NCBI GenBank assembly: GCA_016124535.1
Contig: WGNK01000003.1
Location: 1 to 40,000 of the forward strand
Reading direction: 5' to 3'
DNA: 40,000 nt
Origin: Azospirillum sp.
GTDB taxonomy: Bacteria; Pseudomonadota; Alphaproteobacteria; Azospirillales; Azospirillaceae
A model generated the notes under the pieces. That model was not told where the DNA came from. It worked only from the letters and a program-made list of their open reading frames with translations, and searched no databases. The position numbers and the translations under genes are program-made. How positions within the stretch are numbered: the stretch's first letter is position 1; every line of letters starts with the position of its first letter. This document shows positions 1 to 8,273 of the stretch, piece after piece.

Positions 1-153
1 GGCCTGAATTAAGGCGGGGCCTGAATTAAGGCGGGGCCTGAATTAAGGCGGGGCCTGAATTAAGGCGGGGCCTGAATTAAGGCGGGGCCTGAATTAAGGC
101 GGGGCCTGAATTAAGGCGGGGCCTGAATCAAGGCGGGGCCTGAATCAAGGCGG
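1..153. repeat. Head-to-tail tandem array of the 17-bp unit GGCCTGAATTAAGGCGG, 9 copies. Units 1-7 are identical and units 8-9 carry AATTA->AATCA. The array is truncated by the window edge.
   Basis: Read directly: units at 1-17, 18-34, 35-51, 52-68, 69-85, 86-102, 103-119, 120-136 and 137-153, with no spacers. The array overlaps the last 9 nt (including the stop at 145-147) of minus-strand CDS 145..1173. Confidence 0.95.
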
Positions 154-1173
154 TGCATGGGCCAACGCCAGCACCGCGGCCGGGGCGCAGTCGCCGGCCC
201 GCCGCCGCAGCTCCGGGGAGGCATCGAACAGGTCGCCGAATTCGACCATGCCGGACAGTCCCAACCGAACCGCCAGCGGCACCGCCAGAAATCGCCCGAC
301 GCCACAGCCGACCAGGCAGGCCTCGGCGCCGAGCGCGGTTCCGGAAACGACTCGGGCGGCTGCGTCATGGATCCGGCGCAACTGGCATTCCGCCAGGTAG
401 CGGGCGAGATCGCGGACCGCTTCCATCCGGTCGGCGGAAAAATCCCAGCCGATCTGGCGCAGCAGGCGACGGGCGCTGGCTTCCGGCGACTTGTCGCGGC
501 CGTCGGCGCTGGGGTGCTGATCGGCGCCGTCGGGCAAGGCGCCGGTCAGGCGATAGACGTCGGCGGTGGTCGCGAAGATCTCGGCCATCACGCCGTGCTG
601 GGCCCCGGCATAGGGCAGGCGGGCCGCCAGCGCCATCACCGGGGTTCGGACCACCCCGCTATAGACCAGCTCGTCGGCGACCAGGCGCTGTGCATCGGTC
701 ATGCCCGCGGGACGGGGGTGGCCCTGGTCAAACGCGACCACATCCGTCGTGGTGCTGCCGATATCGAGGAATAGTCCCCGATCGACCCGCGCGGCCACGA
801 AATCGACCACCGCGTACCAGTTGGCCGAGGCGATCCGGTCCGCCAGCCGGGCGGCATCCGACACCGTAGCCCAGCCGGCGGGCCCGGCATAAAGCCTGAT
901 CTCGCCGTCGAGCCGTGCCGCCATCGCCGCGGCCAGCCGCACCACCCCTTCGGTGCGATCGGCGAACAGGTCGGCCAATTCGCCGGTCATGGTCACATGG
1001 TGGCGCTCGGCGTGCCCGAGTCGCGCCGTCGCCTCGGCCACCGCAGCCTCCAGTCGGTCGAGCCCCTGCCACAACGGGCAGGGCACCTGGACCACCCGCT
1101 GCAGCCGGCCCTCGCTATCGGCCAGCGCCGCCTTGAGATGGGCGCCGCCGAGGTCCCAGCCAATCGTGGTCAT
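145..1173 (-). CDS. Hydantoinase/oxoprolinase-family protein of the H4MPT-linked C1-transfer gene set (function unknown)
   Basis: 342-aa ORF. N-terminus MTTIGWDLGGAHLKAA and the later LDIGSTTTDV are actin-fold/hydantoinase_A-type ATPase motifs. SD AAGGAG lies upstream of the ATG at 1173. Sits in the H4MPT island. Confidence 0.8.
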   Translation of the reverse strand: MTTIGWDLGGAHLKAALADSEGRLQRVVQVPCPLWQGLDRLEAAVAEATARLGHAERHHVTMTGELADLFADRTEGVVRLAAAMAARLDGEIRLYAGPAGWATVSDAARLADRIASANWYAVVDFVAARVDRGLFLDIGSTTTDVVAFDQGHPRPAGMTDAQRLVADELVYSGVVRTPVMALAARLPYAGAQHGVMAEIFATTADVYRLTGALPDGADQHPSADGRDKSPEASARRLLRQIGWDFSADRMEAVRDLARYLAECQLRRIHDAAARVVSGTALGAEACLVGCGVGRFLAVPLAVRLGLSGMVEFGDLFDASPELRRRAGDCAPAAVLALAHAPP

Positions 1174-1182
1174 ACCGTCTCC

Positions 1183-2187
1183 TTAAACCAGAACCTCGAC
1201 CGGCCGGATGGTCAGCGGTCGACGCAACGCCGATACCGGATGCTCGTGCAACGCCAGCACCGCCGCCGCCGGATTGATCCCGCACGCTCGCCCAAGCCCG
1301 ACATAGGACGTGGTCAGGCGCGGATTGACCTCAAGCACCAGGGGCGGCCCGTCCCGCGGCAGGATCAGATCGACCCCGACATAGCCCCATAATCCGGGCA
1401 GCGTCGCCGCGACCCGGTCGGCCAGCCCGGCGAAAAGGCGATCGCCGCCGCCGTCCACACCGACCGTAACACCCTCGAAGCGAAAATTACCGTCCACGAT
1501 CCCAACCTGCTGGCGGTTGACCGTAAGCAGCCAGGCCTCGCCGTCCCGGCACAGCATCGACAGGCTCAAGGGGACCCCGGCGATCAGCGGCTGGACGACA
1601 AAACCCGCCGCAGCGGCCTGCCGGCCGCGCGCCGCCAGAGCTTCTCCATCCTCGACCAGTGCGGTATCGCAGGCGCCGGCGCCGTCGTCCGGCTTGACCA
1701 CCCAGGGGCCTGCGGTTTCCGGCCGCGCCGCCGCCGGCCAGGTCGGCACCGTCGCCACCCCGGCGGCGGCGAGCGCACGCTGGGTCGCGCCCTTGCTGGC
1801 GGCCAGCCGGACCGCGTCGGGGCGGCAGCCGAGCAGACCGCCGACGCCAGGGGGCGCCAGGGCGCTGAGCCGCTCCAGGGCGCCGCCGCTCTCCGGCGCG
1901 ATCGGCCACAGGGCGTCGGCCTGCCGCGCCAGCCGGCCCCAGCACGGCCACACCGCGGCCGGATCGTCGAGCGGTACCGCCGCGTCGTCGTCCTGCGGGA
2001 TGCGGTGGTCGCGGGTGACGGCGATCGTAACCCCGCCGATCCGACGCAGGTCCTCGACCAGAGCACGCCGCATCATCAGCCCTTCGGCCGCCAGCGCCCG
2101 GGGAAGCGGCTCGCCAAGCAGGCCGCCCGCGGTTATGTACTCGCAGACGAACAGCCTCACAGCCTCGATCCGAAGAACGGGGTACAC
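1183..2187 (-). CDS. ATP-grasp domain protein, H4MPT/methanofuran-type cofactor biosynthesis candidate
   Basis: 334-aa ORF with ATP-grasp-like layout (VVKPDDGAGACD, EVNPRLTTSY). The GTG at 2187 is the longest start; the alternative GTG at 2160 gives VRLFVCEYITAGG. Lies 10 nt upstream of the hydantoinase-like gene. Confidence 0.75.
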   Translation of the reverse strand: MYPVLRIEAVRLFVCEYITAGGLLGEPLPRALAAEGLMMRRALVEDLRRIGGVTIAVTRDHRIPQDDDAAVPLDDPAAVWPCWGRLARQADALWPIAPESGGALERLSALAPPGVGGLLGCRPDAVRLAASKGATQRALAAAGVATVPTWPAAARPETAGPWVVKPDDGAGACDTALVEDGEALAARGRQAAAAGFVVQPLIAGVPLSLSMLCRDGEAWLLTVNRQQVGIVDGNFRFEGVTVGVDGGGDRLFAGLADRVAATLPGLWGYVGVDLILPRDGPPLVLEVNPRLTTSYVGLGRACGINPAAAVLALHEHPVSALRRPLTIRPVEVLV

Positions 2188-2189
2188 CA

Positions 2190-2900
2190 GTGCAGATCAT
2201 TCCAGTGCTCGATCTGATCGCCGGGCAGGTGGTCCAGGCGGAGGGCGGCAACCGCCGCCGCTACCGACCGATCCGATCGCCCTTGGCACGCTCCAGCGCG
2301 CCCGAGGCGGTGATCGACGGATTGCTCGGGCTCCATCCTTTCGACACTTTCTACCTCGCCGATCTCGACGCGATCGAGGGCACCCCCGGTCACGACGCCA
2401 CGGTCGACCGCCTGCTGCGCAGCTATCCGGGTCTTACCCTGTGGGTCGACCGCGGGTTCCACCATGCCGCGGAGGTGACGAACTGGGTGGCGGCACGGTC
2501 GGCGCTGGCCGTGGTCGGCAGCGAAACCCTGGCCGATGCCGGAGAGCTGGCAACCCTGACCGCCGGCCCCTTGGCTGGGCGGGTGGTGCTCTCGCTTGAT
2601 TTTCGCGGCGACCAGTTCCTCGGCGATGCCGAGGTCTTCGACCGCCCGGAACTGTGGCCGGCCCGGATCATCGTGATGACCCTGGCGCGGGTCGGCTCCG
2701 CGGCCGGCCCGGACGTCCTGCGTCTGACCGCGACCCGGCTCAGCAAGCCGCAGGCGGCCATCTTCGCGGCCGGTGGCGTGCGCGACGCCGCCGACCTGAC
2801 CGCCTTGGCAACCACCGGTGCCGCCGGTGCACTGGTGGCGACCGCGCTCCATGCCGGCCGGCTTACGCCGGCCGACTTGCAGCATTGGCAAGGCCGCTGA
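2190..2900 (+). CDS. HisA/HisF-family TIM-barrel protein (H4MPT-island associated, function unknown)
   Basis: 236-aa ORF beginning (GTG)QIIPVLDLIAGQVV, the typical HisA/HisF strand 1. C-terminal AAGGVRDAADL resembles the phosphate-binding loop. Confidence 0.75.
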   Translation: MQIIPVLDLIAGQVVQAEGGNRRRYRPIRSPLARSSAPEAVIDGLLGLHPFDTFYLADLDAIEGTPGHDATVDRLLRSYPGLTLWVDRGFHHAAEVTNWVAARSALAVVGSETLADAGELATLTAGPLAGRVVLSLDFRGDQFLGDAEVFDRPELWPARIIVMTLARVGSAAGPDVLRLTATRLSKPQAAIFAAGGVRDAADLTALATTGAAGALVATALHAGRLTPADLQHWQGR

Positions 2901-2930
2901 GCCTGCCGATCCCAAGGATACCGCCTGGCG

Positions 2931-3440
2931 TCATGAAGCCGCGAAGGGATGGCTGGCGGTGTCCTTCTTGGCCAGCATCTCCTGGACCGTGGGCTGGCCG
3001 GTGACCGCGCGGGCGATCGCTTCCTTGACCGCCTGGTAGTTGTAGTCCTGAATCTTCTTGTCGTCGGCGGCTTCCCAGTGGATGAACACGCCGACGCTGA
3101 TGAAGATGTCGTCGGCCTCGTCGGCCGGAATGGTGCCGTCGGCAACGCTGTCGGCGACCGCCTTGGCGACCGCATATTGAGCCGGCCCGAACATCTGGAC
3201 CGCCTGCTTGGCCTCGTTGATCGTGACCTTGTTGTAGAGAATCGTCGCCGGCTTGCACAGCAAGTTGGGAGCAACCACCGCGAGCAGAGTGGTAAAGCCA
3301 TGCTTGTTGTTGGTCAGCGCATTGCAGAACGCGGCTTCGGCGGCGCTGCCGCGCGGCCCCATGATCAGGTCGATATGGGCGACCTCGTTGCCGTCGCCGA
3401 CCAGCGATTCTCCAACCAGGACGCGATTGATCTTGCCCAT
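2931..3440 (-). CDS. fae: Formaldehyde-activating enzyme (5,6,7,8-tetrahydromethanopterin hydro-lyase)
   Basis: 169 aa. Near full-length resemblance to Methylobacterium Fae as I recall it ([59 protein letters not shown]). SD GGGAGG upstream. Confidence 0.95.
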   Translation of the reverse strand: MGKINRVLVGESLVGDGNEVAHIDLIMGPRGSAAEAAFCNALTNNKHGFTTLLAVVAPNLLCKPATILYNKVTINEAKQAVQMFGPAQYAVAKAVADSVADGTIPADEADDIFISVGVFIHWEAADDKKIQDYNYQAVKEAIARAVTGQPTVQEMLAKKDTASHPFAAS

Positions 3441-3452
3441 TTGTTTGCCTCC

Positions 3453-4382
3453 CTAAAATTCTGATTGTTTGATCGTTACACCGCGCTCCGCAGACGACAC
3501 GATGGGACGGCCGAGTGTATGCGCCAGACGCGCGGCGAGCAAGCCGGCAACCGTCAGATCGGCACTGGTGCCGGGATTGAGCCCGCGCGCCTTCAGCGCG
3601 CGGTCGAATTTGGCGAGCGCCGGCCGGCGTTCCGCTGCGGGCGCCAGAGGCTGGAAAGCACTGGCGACAGCGGCGGCCTCGCGGCAAACCTGCTCGGCGA
3701 CGGCCGTGCCAAATTTGCGCGAGATATGACTATCGGGAAAGGCAGACAGGAATTTCAGGTAGATCGCTTCGGTGATCGCCTCGGGATCGGCGCCGATGGC
3801 GCGCAGCCCGAAAGCCGTGGCGACGCCGAGTTCGAACACATCGGCATAGTCCTCGGCATATTGACGGGCAATGCGGTCATGCGCCGCCGCTTCGGCCATC
3901 GCCACGCGCAAGGTGACCGAGGCCGGTTCGTGGACATCGTGGCGCGCGGCACGCCCAAGCCCGGCGGGTGCGGCGAGCCGGATCGCCGCAAAGGCGGCCT
4001 CGGCGTCGGCGACCGTGAGCCGGTCCAGCACCCGGGCGAGCTGTCGGCGCAGGCCGTCGCCGGCCGCGGCGGCTGGCCCTTCGATCGCGGCATGAACCAG
4101 CGGTGCTGCCAGCAGCAGAATACCGAGATTGGTGTTGCAGCCGACCGCGCGCCGGGTCGCAGCTTCGCCGGCCAGGATGCGTTCGCCGACGCTTTGCCCG
4201 GGATGGCACAGCGCCGGTGCCGCCGCATTGGCGCTGGCCAGGAAATCCTCCACCGTCATGGCGTGGCCGGCGGCAAAGATGTGGACGTTGCCCGGCTTTA
4301 ACGCCTGCAGCTCGGCGCGGCAGGCCTCCACAAAAGCGGCTGCCGCGGCGTCGGCCCGAATGTCGCGGTCGGGATCAGCCAT
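3453..4382 (-). CDS. Triphosphoribosyl-dephospho-CoA synthase (CitG/MdcB)-family protein, H4MPT-island type
   Basis: ORF 3453..4391 (TTG). I prefer the ATG at 4382 (MADPDRD...). LKPGNVH, NTNLGILLL and GTSADL are CitG-family-like motifs. Overlaps the upstream RimK-like gene by 8 nt. Confidence 0.78.
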   Translation of the reverse strand: MADPDRDIRADAAAAAFVEACRAELQALKPGNVHIFAAGHAMTVEDFLASANAAAPALCHPGQSVGERILAGEAATRRAVGCNTNLGILLLAAPLVHAAIEGPAAAAGDGLRRQLARVLDRLTVADAEAAFAAIRLAAPAGLGRAARHDVHEPASVTLRVAMAEAAAHDRIARQYAEDYADVFELGVATAFGLRAIGADPEAITEAIYLKFLSAFPDSHISRKFGTAVAEQVCREAAAVASAFQPLAPAAERRPALAKFDRALKARGLNPGTSADLTVAGLLAARLAHTLGRPIVSSAERGVTIKQSEF

Positions 4383-5265
4383 GACCGGCAATCCGGTCGA
4401 GCAGGTCGGCGGCGAGCGCGTCGGCGATCGAGGCCGGAGTGACCGCCTGCAGCCCCGACCAGGCCGGCATGCTGTTGACCTCCAGCACGGTCAGGCGGCC
4501 GGCGCGGTCGGCGATCAGATCAACCCCGGCATGGACGGCGCCGACCGCGCGGGCCGCCGCCACCGCCAGGCCGGCCAATGCCGGCGTGACCTCCATCCCC
4601 TCGCAGCGGGCGCCCTGGTGGCGGTTGGTCACCCAGCCAACACCCCAGCGGGTCATCCCCGCCACCACCCGGTCGCCGATCACCAGCGCGCGCAGATCAT
4701 GCCAATCGCGGTCGGCGCCGACATAATTCTGGAGATACCAGACGCCGCCCTCACCACCGTCATCGGGCAGGGTGGTCCGCGGCGCCAGACGGCGCAGCCC
4801 TCGGCCGCGGGAGCCGAACAGCGGTTTGGCGACCAGATCGGTCTCGGCACGGGTGAGCTGGTCTTGGGCCTCGACCGGCGATTCGCCAGCCCAGGTCGCA
4901 GGCGTGGGCAGGCCGGCACGGGCGAGCAGAAAGCTGGTCATGCTCTTGTCGACGCAGCGCTCGATTGCGCGCGCAGAATTGCACACCACCACACCCAGCG
5001 CCGCCAGGGCATGGAGCAGACCCAGCCGCAGGGTGACCTGTTCGAAGCTGCCGCGCCCGATCGTCCGCACCAGGACGCCGCGCGGCAGCCGGCCTCCGCA
5101 GCCGGCGAGCGCGACGCCGGGCCGCCCGTCGCCGATCGCGAAGGCGCAATCCGCCAGGTTGACCGCGCTTGCCGCGACCCCCCGACGATCCAGCGCTTCG
5201 AGGACGGCTGCGGTGTGCCAGTCGCTCTGGTCGGTAAAGACGACGACCTCGGGGTCAGACGCCAT
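4375..5265 (-). CDS. RimK-type ATP-grasp ligase (MptN-like; candidate cofactor alpha-L-glutamate ligase)
   Basis: ORF 4375..5283 (TTG). The ATG at 5265 gives MASDPEVVVFTD. Contains LVAKPLFGSRGRG, YLQNYV and VLEVNSMPAW, which are RimK/ATP-grasp motifs. Overlaps the mch 3' end. Confidence 0.8.
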   Translation of the reverse strand: MASDPEVVVFTDQSDWHTAAVLEALDRRGVAASAVNLADCAFAIGDGRPGVALAGCGGRLPRGVLVRTIGRGSFEQVTLRLGLLHALAALGVVVCNSARAIERCVDKSMTSFLLARAGLPTPATWAGESPVEAQDQLTRAETDLVAKPLFGSRGRGLRRLAPRTTLPDDGGEGGVWYLQNYVGADRDWHDLRALVIGDRVVAGMTRWGVGWVTNRHQGARCEGMEVTPALAGLAVAAARAVGAVHAGVDLIADRAGRLTVLEVNSMPAWSGLQAVTPASIADALAADLLDRIAGHG

Positions 5266-6226
5266 GGCCGAACGAGCGGTCAATCAGCGGGGCGTCGATC
5301 GCGCCGCGCCGGAAGCTGCGTCCGCTCCCCAGCGCGGTCACGATCACTCGCGCCGGGCTGAACAGCAGGGGATCGATCGCATAGAAATCGCCGTCGTATT
5401 GCCCGAACACTTCAGCGAAGGGCCGGCCGTAGTCGCGCGAGGTGCTGCTGGGCAGACGGTCGGCGAGCGCCTGAGCGTCGTCCTCCGGGCCGGAGACGAA
5501 CAGATGGACCTCGCCGCCATAGAGGATGGCATCGTTGGTCCGGCCCATCGCGGTGACGAAATCCGGACTGGGCGGCGGCAGCGGCGCCGAACCGATGCCG
5601 TCGGCGATCCGCGCCAGCGCAAAGCCCAAAGTATGGGCCTTGTGCAAGGCAACTTCGAGCACCCGTGCCGCGATCTGCACCGCACCGGCGAGGCTGGTGG
5701 TCGGCGTCATCACGAAGGTCAGCCGGTCGGGGGCGACGCCGCAGCCTTCCGCCACCCGCTCGACCAGGGCCGGCGGCGGCGGCGCCGCGGTCTCCAAAAC
5801 CAGGCAGGCGTGGGATCCCCGGTCGCGCCAGCCGAACTCCTGGAACAACGGCTCAACCGCGGCGAGCGCCCGGCCCGGCCCCGAGGCCAGGGCGAAATAC
5901 GCCCCCTCGCTCAGCGCCCAGCCGGCATACTGGCTGGCCAGGCAGGCCGGCACCGGGTACGCCGTGGCGGCCGAAACGGCCAGCGGCCAATCGGCGAGAC
6001 GGCCGTGGCCGGTCAGGGTGACGCTGCCCAGGCCGCCCAGGCACAGCTCGGCGATCCGCCGCCCGGCTTCCAGCCCGCCGCGGGCGGCGATCCCGCCATC
6101 GACCAGGACGGCACCGGTCCCCTCCTGCCGCTCGACGATCAGGCCGAGCGCGTCGGCATCGACCAGCAGGCGTTCGACCAGCGGCTGGCTCAGCGCCGCC
6201 AGACTGGGCCAATCCTCGGTATTCAT
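5255..6226 (-). CDS. mch: Methenyl-H4MPT cyclohydrolase
   Basis: The Mch-like sequence runs from MNTEDWPSLAALSQPLVERLL to the C-terminus. The ATG at 6226 overlaps the upstream stop (ATGA). The 53-aa extension of the longest ORF (to 6385) is R/G/P-rich and lies inside the upstream gene. Confidence 0.92.
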   Translation of the reverse strand: MNTEDWPSLAALSQPLVERLLVDADALGLIVERQEGTGAVLVDGGIAARGGLEAGRRIAELCLGGLGSVTLTGHGRLADWPLAVSAATAYPVPACLASQYAGWALSEGAYFALASGPGRALAAVEPLFQEFGWRDRGSHACLVLETAAPPPPALVERVAEGCGVAPDRLTFVMTPTTSLAGAVQIAARVLEVALHKAHTLGFALARIADGIGSAPLPPPSPDFVTAMGRTNDAILYGGEVHLFVSGPEDDAQALADRLPSSTSRDYGRPFAEVFGQYDGDFYAIDPLLFSPARVIVTALGSGRSFRRGAIDAPLIDRSFGHGV

Positions 6227-7320
6227 GCTGCACACTCCCACGCTTGGACCAGGGACCGCCGCCGCTGTGCGAGTCGCCGCCGCGCCACCGCCGGGTTCTC
6301 GCCGCCAGCCGAGACGGTGCAGATCGGGCATCCGGCCGGAATCACGGTACCCGGACGGGGCCGGTCGGCGACCCAGCCCGGCCAATCGACCACGGCCGGC
6401 ACCTGGTGGTCCAGCGCGGCATAGACGGTGGCGAGCGCGCGCGCGCCGGCCGGTCGCGGCAGTTCGGTGGGCAGCACGCCGGCGAGCGCGGCCAGATGCA
6501 AGTCGAACAGCGGCGGCACTGGCGCGCGGTCGAAGAGATCAAGGCTGGCGGTCGGCCGAGGATTGACCTCAAGCAGGCTCCAGGCCTCGCCGTCGACCAC
6601 GAAATCAACGCCGCCGAGGCCGCGCAGCCCGGTCGCCGCAACCAGGCGCCGGATCGCTTCGGCGACCGATCCGGTGAGCGCGGCGGGCGGTTCGGCCGGT
6701 GCTGCGACGCCGCCGAATCGGAAGGGCTGGCCGGGCGCCGGGTCGAGCCAGGGCTCTGCGAAGCCGACCACCACGGCATCCCGGCCATCGGCAAGGAAGC
6801 TTGCGGAACCGAGGCGCCCCGGCACCCGCCGTTGGAAATAGGCTCCCGGCGGTGCGGCACCGGGGCCGGTTGCCGGAACGACATGGCCACCGCCCGCCCC
6901 GGCTTTTTTCTTGATCAGCCAGTCGGAGGGGGAGTCGCCCTTGCCCAAACCGCGGCGGATTTCGGGATGCGGAATTTCCGCCAGGCGCAGCACGGTGGCC
7001 AGCGCGAACGGGTCCTTGACCCGCGCAATCACCTCCGGCGGGTTGCCGATCAGCCGCCGCGCCGCCGCGAGCCGGCGCAGCAGGCCTGGCGCCGCCTCGA
7101 AGCCGGTACCGGCAACCAACCGAAGCTCGGGAAAGCGCACCGTTGCCGCGCATAACGCGGGTTCGTCGAAGCGGCCCGAGCGGTCAATCGGCACCGTCTC
7201 ATGGCCCGCTGACAAGGCCACAGTGTCGCTGTCGCCGAAAGCGTCGATGGTTGCGACGATCCGCCCGGCGCGGCGCGCGGCTTGGGCCAGCGCCCGCGCC
7301 GACAGCGACACGATCAGCAT
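6223..7320 (-). CDS. ATP-grasp domain protein (H4MPT-island paralog between mtdB and mch)
   Basis: ORF 6223..7374. The ATG at 7320 (MLIVSLSARALAQ) avoids overlap with mtdB, which ends at 7328. LLEVNPRPTASLDL is an ATP-grasp C-terminal motif. Confidence 0.75.
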   Translation of the reverse strand: MLIVSLSARALAQAARRAGRIVATIDAFGDSDTVALSAGHETVPIDRSGRFDEPALCAATVRFPELRLVAGTGFEAAPGLLRRLAAARRLIGNPPEVIARVKDPFALATVLRLAEIPHPEIRRGLGKGDSPSDWLIKKKAGAGGGHVVPATGPGAAPPGAYFQRRVPGRLGSASFLADGRDAVVVGFAEPWLDPAPGQPFRFGGVAAPAEPPAALTGSVAEAIRRLVAATGLRGLGGVDFVVDGEAWSLLEVNPRPTASLDLFDRAPVPPLFDLHLAALAGVLPTELPRPAGARALATVYAALDHQVPAVVDWPGWVADRPRPGTVIPAGCPICTVSAGGENPAVARRRLAQRRRSLVQAWECAA

Positions 7321-7327
7321 CTCCGGG

Positions 7328-8239
7328 TCACATCGCGACGTCGCGGGCAATGCGGTAGGCATCCTCGACCCCAAAGGCGCGCGGCTCGGCGCCCGCGGTC
7401 ATCTCCCGGAGCAGCCGGTGCTGGACCTGGAACTTGACGCCGCCGACCGCGATCGCCCCGATAGCGCCCGCCGGACTGCCGCTCGGGGGGGCGCCGGTCA
7501 AGGGGCTACCATCGTCCATCGCGCCGATGCCCTCGATGCCGGCCGGCGGTACCGCGTTGATGTCAGCCGCGACCAGCAGACGGCCGGCATGGGCGAGATG
7601 CTGTGGCCCCAGCACCTGGACCCCGGCACGGCCGCAGCACAGCACGACATCGGCGCCGGGCAGCAGGGCGTTCTTGGCCCGGTCGTCGGGTGCGTCGGCG
7701 GCGGCCATGACCACGCCGAACCTTGCCTTGAATTCAGCCGCCTTGGCCTCGACCGGGGCCAGGCCGCGATAGCTGACCAGAGTCACCCGGGCGCCGACCT
7801 GGGCCGCGATCACGCCGGCGACACTGCCGACCACGCCGGTTGCGCCGAACACCAGAACCGACAGCCCGTTGAGCCCGGCCCGACCGCTGCGGCGCAAGGC
7901 CCGCTCGACCACCGCGACCAGGGCGGCAGCGGTGGTGAAGGCGCCCGAGGGGTCGGCGAAGACGGAAAAGCTGAAGGGCGGGAACATCGCCTTGCGCGCG
8001 GCGTCCAGCATATCCAGCGCCAGGCCGGCATCGCGACCGCCGATGAACAGGCCGGTGAAGCGGGCATGGTCCGGGTTGCGCGAGAACATGGCGTCCTGGG
8101 CCAGCCCGGTGACCTGGTCCAGGGTAATCCCGGTATAGGGCACGATCACGCGGAACCCGGCATCGGCCGCCATGTTGACGTCGAACGGGCTGACAGCGGC
8201 GAGCGGCGTCAGCATATGCAGGATCTTGGGCGCTTCCAT
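7328..8239 (-). CDS. mtdB: NAD(P)-dependent methylene-H4MPT dehydrogenase (MtdA/MtdB family; MtdB by its position next to mch)
   Basis: 303 aa from the ATG at 8239 (SD AAGGAG 7 nt upstream). Rossmann motif VFGATGVVGSVAG. Family-typical N-terminal FDVNMA..G. Confidence 0.85.
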   Translation of the reverse strand: MEAPKILHMLTPLAAVSPFDVNMAADAGFRVIVPYTGITLDQVTGLAQDAMFSRNPDHARFTGLFIGGRDAGLALDMLDAARKAMFPPFSFSVFADPSGAFTTAAALVAVVERALRRSGRAGLNGLSVLVFGATGVVGSVAGVIAAQVGARVTLVSYRGLAPVEAKAAEFKARFGVVMAAADAPDDRAKNALLPGADVVLCCGRAGVQVLGPQHLAHAGRLLVAADINAVPPAGIEGIGAMDDGSPLTGAPPSGSPAGAIGAIAVGGVKFQVQHRLLREMTAGAEPRAFGVEDAYRIARDVAM

Positions 8240-8273
8240 CTCCTTCGTCCTCCCTTTGGCCTCTGGCATCCGA

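Noticed and set aside
1-153. Possible CRISPR array, given the regular short repeats at the window edge
   Set aside because: The units are directly abutting 17-mers with no spacers, far shorter than CRISPR repeats. No cas genes are nearby. It is a simple tandem repeat.
5255-6385. Longest-ORF N-terminal extensions of mch (to 6385), mtdB (to 8326), fhcA (from 10917), fhcC (from 13015), pcm (to 36788) and the wHTH-like gene (to 22183)
   Set aside because: The extensions are R/G/P-rich, overlap the conserved upstream genes, and precede internal starts that have good SDs or ATGA/GTGA-type start/stop overlaps and match the family N-termini.
4772-6424. Long plus-strand ORF (550 aa), with similar long shadow ORFs at 8172..9893 (+), 10947..12698 (-), 14252..16300 (-), 19654..20802 (-), 22321..24144 (-), 27837..29267 (-), 32511..34532 (+) and 37059..38630 (+)
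   Set aside because: All lie antisense to genes with clear family signatures. Their translations are Arg/Pro/Gly/Ala-rich low-complexity strings typical of stop-codon-poor frames in high-GC DNA, and they carry no recognisable motifs.
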